Source: Candidatus Parcubacteria bacterium (GTDB lineage Bacteria; Patescibacteriota; Minisyncoccia; Phycocordibacterales; JAKAEA01). From it: 43,469 nt of DNA. Under the pieces are notes generated by a model, which saw nothing but the letters and a program-made list of their open reading frames with translations, was not told where the DNA came from and did not search any database. The translations under genes were made by a program, and so were the position numbers. Positions 8,506-18,004 of this stretch are shown in pieces; the first letter of the stretch is position 1, and each line of letters starts with the position of its first letter. The DNA is taken from positions 1 to 43,469 of the forward strand of contig JAIFWI010000004.1 in NCBI GenBank assembly GCA_019661945.1, in the 5' to 3' direction.

Positions 8506-9671
8506 TTACCGAAGTATAGTTCCGATGGAGATGGTTTACCTAAGAGTTTATGAGCAATATGCTCCCCGGCCATAAAGCAAACAACCTGCGATCCAGCACC
8601 AGAAATTGTTGCTTCGTTTTCAGAGACCTTAATAAAGGGCCCTTGTGACCAATGTTTATTAACTCCAAAATGTCCAGACCAGGTATATTCTATTTCAAGA
8701 TCTAAGTAAGGAAATATTCTTTTTATAAATCCCTGAAGCTGTTTTAAGTGAGGGAAATGTGGATCAGTCTTTCGATGTTTTTTATGTACTACAATACCAC
8801 CAAATCCAAGAAGGATCCGATTATCTTTTGTCAGTTTAAAATAATTCTCATTCTTGCGTGAATCCCAGACGACTTTTTTTCTTTCAGCAAAACCAATTTT
8901 CATGACTTCCTCCGAAGTAAGCGGTCTTGTGACGATAATTGTCGTCCGCAAATTCCTGATATCATCAGATGGATAATCGACATCAATTGCCCAAATAATT
9001 TTTTTGTATTTTATAGTGCCATGATTTGTCCGAGCTATACCATTGATAGCTTGTACCACAGCAGTATTCTCGTATATCCTGACTCCATTCTTCTCAACTA
9101 CCCCGGAAAATCCTTGAACAAATCTTAAGGGATCAACACATAACCCATGTTGCGCAGACAAAACACCATGATTGAAGAGTGGAGAATTAATTTCCTTTTT
9201 TAATTCGTCACCCTCAAGAATTCTTGTCGTACTTTCTATTCTTTTCTCTGCTTCATATTCTTCATATAAATTATTGTAATTCTTGCCTGGGAAACCACAA
9301 ATTAAGGTATCCTGTGACTCTGCATCACAATCTATTGCCTCTGTAGCAATGATCTGTCTTAATGCTCTCAGTGCCTCATGAGTTTTATTCCAAAGAAGAT
9401 GAGTCTTTTCTAGACCATACTCTTTAATCATATCTGTTAAATCTCTCTCGCCCCGGGTTACAAGTGTTCCGGCCGCCTTGCCTGTAGCCCCACTACCGAT
9501 ATACTGTTTTTCTACTAAAACGACATTTTGAGCACCAAATTTTGTTAAAAAATGAGCGGCTGAAACCCCCGTTATTCCCCCGCCGACTATTAAATAATCA
9601 CACTCGATATCTTCCTTGAGCTCTGGACGGATAACATACCCTGGATTTTGCCAAAATATTTCATGTTTCAT
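8502..9671 (-). CDS. FAD-dependent oxidoreductase (DAO/PuuB-like)
   Basis: DYLIVGGGITGVSAA dinucleotide-binding motif, GSGATGKAAG and YTWSG. Likely start is MKHEIFW at 9671 (track start 9716). Confidence 0.88.
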   Translation of the reverse strand: MKHEIFWQNPGYVIRPELKEDIECDYLIVGGGITGVSAAHFLTKFGAQNVVLVEKQYIGSGATGKAAGTLVTRGERDLTDMIKEYGLEKTHLLWNKTHEALRALRQIIATEAIDCDAESQDTLICGFPGKNYNNLYEEYEAEKRIESTTRILEGDELKKEINSPLFNHGVLSAQHGLCVDPLRFVQGFSGVVEKNGVRIYENTAVVQAINGIARTNHGTIKYKKIIWAIDVDYPSDDIRNLRTTIIVTRPLTSEEVMKIGFAERKKVVWDSRKNENYFKLTKDNRILLGFGGIVVHKKHRKTDPHFPHLKQLQGFIKRIFPYLDLEIEYTWSGHFGVNKHWSQGPFIKVSENEATISGAGSQVVCFMAGEHIAHKLLGKPSPSELYFGN

Positions 9672-9690
9672 GTCCCTAGCATACCATAAA

Positions 9691-9720
9691 CAACATACCG
9701 CCCGTAAGGGCGGCATATTG
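9691..9720. repeat. GC-rich intergenic hairpin (REP-like)
   Basis: CAACATACCGCCC-GTAA-GGGCGGCATATTG. On the minus strand all 13 stem positions pair, two of them as G-U. Confidence 0.5.
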
Positions 9721-9893
9721 AGGCTCTATTCTACATTTATCTTTCGTTAATGAGTAATAGAATTTGATTTTTTCGGTCAAGCTGTACGCACAGCCTGTAG
9801 CAAAAACAATACACTATATACATGAAAATAGTATGAACTATTCCGAGCTCAAGTTTGTGATATACTAAACACGTAAGCTAATATACAAAAATT

Positions 9894-10058
9894 ATGAATA
9901 ATTCATGCGCTACCTGCGGCAAAGAAACCAAAGGTTTTACCTGTAAAATCTGCAATAATCATTTTGAAACAACAGAGACAGCACATGCTGACTGCGAAGG
10001 AGTTATGGAAGCAAAATGCGTCGGCTGCAGCCAAGCCGAGAGCACATGTAGCTGCTAA
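9894..10058 (+). CDS. 54-aa Cys-rich metallothionein-like / metal-binding small protein (not in the ORF track)
   Basis: Manual translation: MNNSCATCGKETKGFTCKICNNHFETTETAHADCEGVMEAKCVGCSQAESTCSC*, with 9 Cys and 2 His. TGA-TATACT lies upstream (9858-9866); the ORF ends 12 nt before the ZIP gene. Confidence 0.8.
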   Translation: MNNSCATCGKETKGFTCKICNNHFETTETAHADCEGVMEAKCVGCSQAESTCSC

Positions 10059-10070
10059 TATCCACCGTTC

Positions 10071-10793
10071 ATGCCTATCATCATAAGCATCGCTACATTC
10101 GTCTTTACGTTTCTCGGAGGTCTGTTTGCTTTGCGGTTTAAAGATAAGCTTCATCTTATTTTAGGCTTTAGTGCTGGCGCAGTTATTGGTGTAGCTTTTT
10201 TTGATTTAATTCCTGAGGCAATTGAATTGGGCAGTTCTGCGTATGATATCGCTACTATTACTTCAATCACTGCATTAGGTTTCATTAGCTACATGATTCT
10301 CGATCGATCTATCATCATGCACAGCCATGTTCACGAAGAACACGATCATGCTCATTCTTATCGCGGCAAATTAGGAGCAGCTAGTTTAGCTATTCACAGC
10401 TTTCTTGATGGCGCAGCCATCGGTTTAGCCTTTCAAGTTTCAGCGGCAGTTGGGGTAATCGTGGCCACAGCAGTGCTCGTCCACGATTTTTCTGATGGCC
10501 TTAACACTGTTAATTTAATTTTAAAAAACCATGGCGGCCGAAAACAAGCCCTGCGCTGGCTTCTTATTGATGCTATCGCTCCTGTTATCGGAGTTATCTC
10601 TACTTCATTCTTTACTCTACCGGAACATAGTTTGGGAGTCATCCTGGCCCTTTTTGCAGGATTTTTCTTATATATCGGCGCCAGTGACCTTTTACCAGAA
10701 AGTCACCACAGTCACCCAACAATTTGGACAACGGTCATGACTATTATCGGCGCAGGCATATTGTATGTCGCTATTCACATCGCTGGTTTCTAG
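10071..10793 (+). CDS. ZIP family metal (zinc) transporter
   Basis: GFSAGAVIGVAFFDLIPEA, His-rich loop HSHVHEEHDHAH, HSFLDG, HDFSDG and LYIGASDLLPE. Confidence 0.92.
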   Translation: MPIIISIATFVFTFLGGLFALRFKDKLHLILGFSAGAVIGVAFFDLIPEAIELGSSAYDIATITSITALGFISYMILDRSIIMHSHVHEEHDHAHSYRGKLGAASLAIHSFLDGAAIGLAFQVSAAVGVIVATAVLVHDFSDGLNTVNLILKNHGGRKQALRWLLIDAIAPVIGVISTSFFTLPEHSLGVILALFAGFFLYIGASDLLPESHHSHPTIWTTVMTIIGAGILYVAIHIAGF

Positions 10794-10846
10794 TTTGTAT
10801 CCAAGCTCGACACTATAGTACAATATAAAGTGTAATACACGCTCAT

Positions 10847-12283
10847 ATGCGAAAGCTTTTTATCATTGTACAAAGTCTTACTCTCATTTTCATTCTATTG
10901 TTCTCATTTCCCCTGGCAATCTTCGCTCAGCAAGTCATTCAGGCTAATCCCATAAATCAAAAAGCGACTGTGTTTATTACTCCCCGAAGCGGCACCTTTC
11001 TTGAGGGTTCAACATTTGAAGTACCAATCTTTCTTAATACCCATAATAATAGTATTAATGCTCTTCAGCTTGAGGTGAAATTTGATCCAAAAAAATTATC
11101 AATCGTGAAGCCATCAGGTGGTCAGTCAATTATTGGCATTTGGGTTGAGCCACCAAGTTTCTCAAATACTCAAGGTTTTGTCAGAATTGTTGGTGCCATT
11201 CCAAATAGTATTACTACTGAGAGTGGCTTGATCACGACCATTACCTTCAAAGCTATAGCTTCCGGTCCGACCACAATCTTCATTTCAAAAACCACAAAGG
11301 TTCTGGCTAGTGATGGTTTTGGTTCAGAAGTGCCTACAAGTCTCGATCAAGCTGTCTATACTATTATGCGCCGACCACCGGAAGACGTAAAAGTTTTTTC
11401 TGAAACCCATCCCTTTACTGACCAATGGTACAACAATGACAGTCCGATTGTTTCTTGGGAAAAAAATCCTCAGGTAACTGATTTTAGTTTTACCTATGAT
11501 AATAAGCCGTTCACTATTCCTGACAATATTCCAGATACTGAAGAAACAACAATATCATTTCCAGATTCAGCTGAGGGTATTAGCTACTTTCATATAAAAT
11601 CACGGAAGAAGGATGTGTGGGGAGCAACAACGCACTTCCCGATTCGAATTGACACTACTGCACCTGCAGGTTTTACTCCTCATGTTGAAAGTTTACAGAC
11701 TAAAACTGATGAAGAAAGTAGTCGAGCTATTGTCTCATTCTTTACTACAGATAATCTTTCAGGTATTGATCATTATGAAATTGGTATCATTGATCAGAGC
11801 ACACCCGCAGATGTTTCACCGGCTTTTGTTCAAAGCGAGAGCCCCTTTCTTTTACCGGTAAATACTGAGCATGGTTCGCGCCTTATCGTCAGAGCTTTTG
11901 ACCGAGCCGGCAACGTTCGAGATGTTTCAATGAATGTATCAGTGCCTTTTGCTTTGACTACAGCTATCAGAAGCAACGTGGTTTGGATTCTAGCTCTCCT
12001 TCTTATTATTATTTTAATTTTGCTCCTCATTCACTACCTTATCGGTCATAAGATTTTGGCTAACTTCAAGAAAGCCCTGAAAATTATTCACGATGAAGAA
12101 CGCCAGCCATTTGCAATCGTACCAAGACTTCAACCCCAAGGCGTTTCTGAGCATTTTGAACCCCAATTCCAACAAAAGGCCATGCCTCAACACATTCAGG
12201 TTCCAGAAATTCAGATTCCTGTAGTCCGGCTACCTGAAGATCATATCTACACCCCTAATGCAGATAGCGCCTTGAATCGCTAA
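10847..12283 (+). CDS. Secreted, membrane-anchored cohesin-domain protein with Ig-like modules
   Basis: Signal peptide, cohesin-like INALQLEVKFDPKKL...VLASDG, Ig-like RAFDRAGN and a C-terminal TM helix. Confidence 0.75.
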   Translation: MRKLFIIVQSLTLIFILLFSFPLAIFAQQVIQANPINQKATVFITPRSGTFLEGSTFEVPIFLNTHNNSINALQLEVKFDPKKLSIVKPSGGQSIIGIWVEPPSFSNTQGFVRIVGAIPNSITTESGLITTITFKAIASGPTTIFISKTTKVLASDGFGSEVPTSLDQAVYTIMRRPPEDVKVFSETHPFTDQWYNNDSPIVSWEKNPQVTDFSFTYDNKPFTIPDNIPDTEETTISFPDSAEGISYFHIKSRKKDVWGATTHFPIRIDTTAPAGFTPHVESLQTKTDEESSRAIVSFFTTDNLSGIDHYEIGIIDQSTPADVSPAFVQSESPFLLPVNTEHGSRLIVRAFDRAGNVRDVSMNVSVPFALTTAIRSNVVWILALLLIIILILLLIHYLIGHKILANFKKALKIIHDEERQPFAIVPRLQPQGVSEHFEPQFQQKAMPQHIQVPEIQIPVVRLPEDHIYTPNADSALNR

Positions 12284-12302
12284 GCTTTGGTATAATAGAT
12301 AG

Positions 12303-14747
12303 ATGAGGCAGTTTAGTACCCCGATGATGCGGCAGTATGCTGCCATCAAACAAGAATATGCAGATTGTCTGCTTTTTTTCCGTTTGGGTGATTTTTATGA
12401 ACTTTTTCTTGAAGATGCTCTAATTGGAGCAAAAGTCCTTGATATTGTTCTTACTCGCCGGCCACGCGGCAAAGACGGCGATGTGCCGATGGCTGGTGTA
12501 CCCTTTCACGCTGCTGATGCTTATATTGCAAAATTGGTGAAAGCCGGTCATAAAGTTGCTATTTGCGAGCAAACAAGTGAACCAAATGGCCGAAGTTTAG
12601 TCGAAAGAGAAGTAGTACGTATTGTTACGCCGGGCACTATTCTAGATGAGAAAAGCCTATCTTCAAAAGAGCACAATTATACGATGAGTCTGGCCATCGC
12701 TGAAAATATAATTGGTATTGCTGTAGCTGATATTTCTACTGGTGATTTCGAGACTCAAGAATATGAATATACCGATAATCTGGCTCATATTATTGCCAAT
12801 GAGTATGCCCGCTTCCGGCCTGCTGAGTGTATTGTCAATTTCGCTGTCTATAATAATCCTACTCTTTTAAAACTTTTGAAACTTGAGAGAAATATCAATA
12901 TTTATTGCTTTGAAACTTGGGATGAGTCAGCCGAGCAAGCCGAAAGATTATTAAAGAGACACTTTGAAGTAAAGAGTCTGCGCGGCTTTGGCCTTCATGA
13001 CAAAGAACATGCCCTTCGAGCTTCGGGAGCTCTTTTAGCATATTTGGCAAATACTCAAAAAAATAATATCGGTCACATAAAAAAGATAACGAGTGTTGCC
13101 TCAGATAATCATGTTGGCCTTGATGCATCAACGATAGCAAATCTTGAACTCTTCGAAACAATTCGAGAAGGTGAAGAACAAGGAGCTTTTATTGGCAGTA
13201 TTGATAGCACTAAGACTGCTATGGGCGGCCGAATGCTTCGAACCTGGATTCGTGAGCCATTGAGAAACAAAAAAGAAATTGAAATGCGATTTCAGGCTGT
13301 GGAAGGCTTGCTTCACGAACGCAGTATCAGAAACAAAACACGGGCAGAGCTTCAAACTTTGTATGATATTGAAAGAATTATCTCGCGGCTTTCAGTTGGC
13401 ATTGGTAATCCCCATGATCTCATTAATTTAAAAAACACTCTTTTTGCTATTCAAAAAACTCATACCCTGCTTTCAGCTATTTCAACTTCCTCGATCCAGG
13501 AGCTCATTCGCGAAATTCCTGATGCCAAACATATCGCTGAACAAATTGATACCTACATTATCCAATTCCCTGCTCTTGATCCTAAAAATGGCGACATTAT
13601 TAATGAAGGAGTTGATAAGGAACTTGATACATTACGCGAAAATATCCGTGATAGCAAACAATGGATTGCCAATTTAGAAACACTCGAACGAAAACGCACC
13701 GGTATCGGCTCACTCAAAGTAAAATTTAATAGTGTTTTCGGCTACTATATTGAAATTACCAAGTCTAATCTTGATTCTGTGCCCGCAGATTACATTCGCA
13801 AACAGACAACCGTTAATGCTGAACGATTTATTACTCACAAGCTTCAAGAATACGAAGACACAGTTTTACGCGGTCAAGAACTGATTAATAAACGTGAGTA
13901 TGAACTTTTTATTGACTTGATTAAAAAAGTTCTGGCTGAAACGCATATGCTGCAGAAAATTTCAGAAAATATCGCTACCCTTGATTGTTTATTGAGTTTC
14001 GCTGATACAGCTGAGCGTGAGCGGTACACAAAACCAATCATTACTTCCGACGGTGAACTTACTATTGAAGACGGCCGGCATCCTGTGGTGGAACAGCTGC
14101 ATGAATCGTCATTTGTGCCGAATAATACCCATCTTAATCAAACTGATCATCAACTTCTCATTATTACAGGGCCAAATATGGCCGGAAAATCGGTGTATAT
14201 GAGGCAAGTGGCATTAATAGTACTCATGGCTCATATGGGCAGCTTTGTACCCGCGCGTCGTGCCTCAATCTCATTGGTAGACAAGATATTTGTTCGAAGC
14301 GGGGCTGCAGACAACATTGGCCGTGGTTTATCAACTTTTATGGTAGAGATGGTTGAGACAGCCTATATTTTAAACCACGCTACCCGCGACAGTTTGATTA
14401 TCATGGACGAAATAGGCCGTGGTACTTCAACATATGATGGCATTAGTATTGCCTGGGCTATTGCTGAATATCTGGTCACTCATCCAGATCACGCCGCAAA
14501 AACTCTTTTTGCTACTCACTATCACGAACTCCAGCAACTAGAAAAAGTCCATCCAAAACGCATTAAAAATTTCCATATGGCCATCGAGGAATCAAATAAT
14601 GCGCCAATATTTTTATATCGCCTCATCCGCGGCGGCGCCCTCGGTTCCTACGCTATTGCCGTTGCTAAACTCGCTGGCGTACCTCAAGAAGTTACCAACC
14701 GCGCCGCCGCACTACTTTTGACATTTACCGAGAAAAAAGAAAAATGA
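12303..14747 (+). CDS. mutS: DNA mismatch repair protein MutS
   Basis: TPMMRQY, FRLGDFYELF, Walker A GPNMAGKS, STFMVEM, DEIGRGTST and ATHYHEL. Confidence 0.97.
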   Translation: MRQFSTPMMRQYAAIKQEYADCLLFFRLGDFYELFLEDALIGAKVLDIVLTRRPRGKDGDVPMAGVPFHAADAYIAKLVKAGHKVAICEQTSEPNGRSLVEREVVRIVTPGTILDEKSLSSKEHNYTMSLAIAENIIGIAVADISTGDFETQEYEYTDNLAHIIANEYARFRPAECIVNFAVYNNPTLLKLLKLERNINIYCFETWDESAEQAERLLKRHFEVKSLRGFGLHDKEHALRASGALLAYLANTQKNNIGHIKKITSVASDNHVGLDASTIANLELFETIREGEEQGAFIGSIDSTKTAMGGRMLRTWIREPLRNKKEIEMRFQAVEGLLHERSIRNKTRAELQTLYDIERIISRLSVGIGNPHDLINLKNTLFAIQKTHTLLSAISTSSIQELIREIPDAKHIAEQIDTYIIQFPALDPKNGDIINEGVDKELDTLRENIRDSKQWIANLETLERKRTGIGSLKVKFNSVFGYYIEITKSNLDSVPADYIRKQTTVNAERFITHKLQEYEDTVLRGQELINKREYELFIDLIKKVLAETHMLQKISENIATLDCLLSFADTAERERYTKPIITSDGELTIEDGRHPVVEQLHESSFVPNNTHLNQTDHQLLIITGPNMAGKSVYMRQVALIVLMAHMGSFVPARRASISLVDKIFVRSGAADNIGRGLSTFMVEMVETAYILNHATRDSLIIMDEIGRGTSTYDGISIAWAIAEYLVTHPDHAAKTLFATHYHELQQLEKVHPKRIKNFHMAIEESNNAPIFLYRLIRGGALGSYAIAVAKLAGVPQEVTNRAAALLLTFTEKKEK

Positions 14748-14768
14748 CATCCCTGGAAATTCAACAGC

Positions 14769-14844
14769 TTGGGAATTGAGTTCCCAAATTCATAAATATT
14801 TTATCTCGCAATGTATATAATCTATTTGGGAATTGGATTCCCAA
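14769..14844. repeat. REP-like palindromes upstream of the transposase
   Basis: TTGGGAATTGAGTTCCCAA (14769-14787) and TTGGGAATTGGATTCCCAA (14826-14844). Confidence 0.85.
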
Positions 14845-14846
14845 GT

Positions 14847-15500
14847 ATGCGAAAAACACCTCTTGTAAACGGCCAGTATTATCATATCTATAATCGAGGT
14901 ACTGAAAAGAGACCAATATTCCTTGATAATTCAGATTTAGATAGATTTTTTGAAGGTATGATTGCCTTTAATTCAGTTAAACCAATTGGTAGTATCTTCG
15001 AATACTCCTTACCCAAAAACAAGAATACCGCTGGGCTTGGGAACTCAATTCCCAAGCTGGCAAACATTATTGCCTATAGTCTTAACCCGAATCATTTTCA
15101 CCTAATCCTCGAGCAAATTTCTGACCAAGGGATTCAAAAGTTTATGCATCGACTGAGCTTAGGCTATACGAACTTTTTCAACCTAAAATATAAAAGATCC
15201 GGGGCTCTTTTTCAAGGAAGATACAAGGCAAAGCATATAAATTTTAATTCTTATCTCCTGCATTTAAGTGCTTATATAAATCTAAACAATAAGATCCACT
15301 ATTACAGGAAAGGTGTTTTTTACAAATCTGGTTGGAGCGAATATGTAAAACTAAGTAAGGATAACTCTATTTGTACTTCAGATATTATACTTCAGCAATT
15401 TAAGAATATTGAGGATTACATCGACTTTGCATATTATTCTGTCCAAAATACCATCGAGCTACGACAAGACGAAGCCTTACAAGGTTTATTCCTAGAGTAA
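14847..15500 (+). mobile_element. REP-associated tyrosine transposase (RAYT, IS200/Y1 HUH family)
   Basis: YYHIYNRG, HUH motif NPNHFHLIL, GALFQGRYKA and YINLN; flanked by palindromes. Likely start ATG 14847 (track start 14811). Confidence 0.9.
15035..15057. repeat. REP-like palindrome inside the transposase ORF (inverted copy)
   Basis: GCTTGGGAACTCAATTCCCAAGC, translated in frame as LGNSIPK. Confidence 0.85.
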
Positions 15501-15529
15501 TTCCTTGGGAATTGAGTTCCTGAGGAATT
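15499..15529. repeat. REP-like palindrome downstream of the transposase
   Basis: AATTCCTTGGGAATTGAGTTCCTGAGGAATT, an extended hairpin containing the same core. Confidence 0.8.
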
Positions 15530-15549
15530 TGATATACTGATTATGTCTT

Positions 15550-17289
15550 ATGAAAACCATTCACATCCTGCCGCCGGAATTGGTGGCTAAAATTGCTGCA
15601 GGTGAGGTGGTTGAGCGACCAGCTTCGGTTATAAAAGAACTTATTGAAAATGCCCTTGATGCTGGAGCAATGCACATTGATGTGGAAGTTGAAGAAGCCG
15701 GTACGAAAAAGATTATTGTCCGAGACGATGGCAAAGGCATGAGTAAAGAAGATCTCGAAATATGCTACCGGCCGCACAGCACCAGTAAAATTTTAAATGC
15801 TGAGGATTTAGTAACCATCCGATCATTTGGCTTCCGTGGCGAGGCACTTTCGAGTATTGCGGCAGTAAGCCACCTGGCAATCAAAAGTCGGCAGTCTAAT
15901 TCCGAATTTGGTCACATTATTGAACTCGGAAGTGCCACACCCAAGGGTACAGTGAGGTGGCCGGCAGAACCCACGCGCGACTTGAGCCTGCGAAACGAAG
16001 CGCGTGGGTCTGAAGGCCCACAAGCACATCCAATTGGTATGCAAGTAGGAACTGAAATAACTGTCGAATTCTTTTTTCACTCAACCCCAGCTCGTAAAAA
16101 GTTTCTGAAGGATGTCAAAACAGAACTCCGGCTAATTACTGAAGTCATGACTCAGTTTGCTATTGCCTTCCCCGCTGTTGGTTTTACCTTGACTCATAAT
16201 GACAAGCAAATTTTAAATCTTTCTGCCGGGCAAAATCTTCACGGAAGAATCCGATCTGTTCTCGGTGAGCATTTGAGCAGCTATCTCATTCCCATCGAAC
16301 ATGAATCCCGTTATGGGGAAATTTCCGGTTTTATTACCAAACCTCAAGCGGCACATGAATCAAAACAATACCAGTATCTTTTTGTAAATAATCGCGCTGT
16401 TACTGATAATCATGTAGGGCGGACCCTGAAAGAGAGCTATGGCTCACTACTTGAACCCCGAGCTCAGCCGCCATTTGTCTTATTTCTGACACTTCCCTAC
16501 GAATCAGTTGATGTCAATATTCACCCGCGTAAAGAAGAAGTGGCTTTTGCATATCCAAAAGAAATTTTCGCATTGGTAAAAGAGGGCTCTTTAGAAACCC
16601 TCTCGAAGCACAATTTAATGTACACCCACTCTTCCCGACCTAAAGACATGGATTATCACACTGCAGATTTCCTCAAAAGCATTGTCACACCCTGGAATGT
16701 AAAAAATATTGCTCTAGGAGAAATTCTTCAAATTCATAATATATATCTTCTGGCTGGGACTGACGATGGTCTTTTACTTATTGACCAACATGCAGCACAT
16801 GAAAGAATTCTCTTTGAACAATTTAAAGAAGCGTATGAAAAAACCCGGTATCTTCAAAAGTCCCTTGAACTGACCGAACCAAAAATGTTTGAACTCTCAG
16901 CCTCAGATGCTCAGGTTTTGCAGGAACATCTGGAAACATTAAGGAAAATTGGCTTTGACCTCGAGCATTTTGGAAAATATAGTTTTAAACTCGCTGCTGT
17001 GCCAGAAATATTTAAAACTCGAGATCATATCAAACTTATCACTGAAGTTTTACATGATTTGAAACTCGGCAAAGGAGTAAAGCATCTTGATCGAGAGACT
17101 GAAAAGACTCTCTCGTATCTCGCCTGCCGTTCTGCCATCAAAGCTGGTGACGCACTAGAACCTGAAGAACAAAAGAAGCTTGTAGATAAGCTTCTTTTGT
17201 CTCCTTCTTCATATACTTGTCCGCACGGCCGGCCGACTCATATCGAGATTTCACTTAAAGAGCTCGATAAGATGTTCAAGCGCCGTTAA
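15550..17289 (+). CDS. mutL: DNA mismatch repair endonuclease MutL
   Basis: KIAAGEVVERPASVIKELIENALDAGA, GFRGEALSSI, DVNIHPRK, endonuclease motif DQHAAHER and CPHGRP. Confidence 0.97.
   Translation: MKTIHILPPELVAKIAAGEVVERPASVIKELIENALDAGAMHIDVEVEEAGTKKIIVRDDGKGMSKEDLEICYRPHSTSKILNAEDLVTIRSFGFRGEALSSIAAVSHLAIKSRQSNSEFGHIIELGSATPKGTVRWPAEPTRDLSLRNEARGSEGPQAHPIGMQVGTEITVEFFFHSTPARKKFLKDVKTELRLITEVMTQFAIAFPAVGFTLTHNDKQILNLSAGQNLHGRIRSVLGEHLSSYLIPIEHESRYGEISGFITKPQAAHESKQYQYLFVNNRAVTDNHVGRTLKESYGSLLEPRAQPPFVLFLTLPYESVDVNIHPRKEEVAFAYPKEIFALVKEGSLETLSKHNLMYTHSSRPKDMDYHTADFLKSIVTPWNVKNIALGEILQIHNIYLLAGTDDGLLLIDQHAAHERILFEQFKEAYEKTRYLQKSLELTEPKMFELSASDAQVLQEHLETLRKIGFDLEHFGKYSFKLAAVPEIFKTRDHIKLITEVLHDLKLGKGVKHLDRETEKTLSYLACRSAIKAGDALEPEEQKKLVDKLLLSPSSYTCPHGRPTHIEISLKELDKMFKRR
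15957..16021. repeat. GC-rich palindromic insert within mutL, in frame
   Basis: Perfect 10-bp arms ACCCACGCGC (15969-15978) and GCGCGTGGGT (16000-16009), extended by CAG/CTG and GGCC/GGCC. Confidence 0.7.
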
Positions 17290-17295
17290 ATAAGA

Positions 17296-17970
17296 CTACC
17301 TAAGTTGTGGAGGATTCAATTCGATTTGAGTAGCATTAAATTTTTGCTCATCAATGAATGTTCCTGTTGCCGCAATTTTTGCATTCTTTACAAGCTTTGC
17401 TCGAGTAATTGGTTTGCCATTTTGATCTGAAAGTTGAATTTTTGAATCGAGAGTGAGCACAATATCAAGTTCTCGTGATCCGCCATTCGATAATCGTAAC
17501 GTATTACCTGAAAGTTCCCGAACTAAACCAAAAATAGTCATCTGGACAGGTGCGGGCCATACAGCACTGGCAATTGCTTCTTTACCCTTCTGAGGTAGAG
17601 CACGTTTACCAGCCTCACTATTTTCTGTGTTATATGCTATAGCATAAATCTCGGCAATTGGTCTTTTTTCAGTCTCATTTGGTGTGGCCAATATCCATGT
17701 CTGCTCGCCAGCATCATTCTTTTCAACAAGCTCCATAGTACCTAGATTGAGGCTATCCTTGCCTAATTTTTTACCCTCGAGTACTCCCAATACTTCTATT
17801 TTTGAAGCATTTTTGGCATTAGCTACAAAAGTACCCTCTTCTACAGTAAATGCAGATAGAATGTTTTCTTGGGGTCCTAGGTATTTTGACCATACAATAC
17901 CTGCTACAATGATAATAATAATACCAACAATAATAAGTGCATTTCTCTTCATATGAGGATATCTTATCAT
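17296..17970 (-). CDS. Membrane-anchored hypothetical protein
   Basis: N-terminal TM helix (start may be MKRNAL near 17952) and a beta-rich C-terminal domain. Confidence 0.7.
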   Translation of the reverse strand: MIRYPHMKRNALIIVGIIIIIVAGIVWSKYLGPQENILSAFTVEEGTFVANAKNASKIEVLGVLEGKKLGKDSLNLGTMELVEKNDAGEQTWILATPNETEKRPIAEIYAIAYNTENSEAGKRALPQKGKEAIASAVWPAPVQMTIFGLVRELSGNTLRLSNGGSRELDIVLTLDSKIQLSDQNGKPITRAKLVKNAKIAATGTFIDEQKFNATQIELNPPQLR

Positions 17971-18004
17971 AGTAAATTCATTATTCCAATGGTACTATTA
18001 CGCC

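Noticed and set aside
9903-10154. 83-aa minus-strand ORF in the track
   Set aside because: It is antisense to the better-supported Cys-rich ORF and to the ZIP start.
14769-15529. Palindromic repeats as a CRISPR array
   Set aside because: Spacing is irregular, orientation is mixed, one copy is intragenic and there are no cas genes; they fit REPs around a RAYT.
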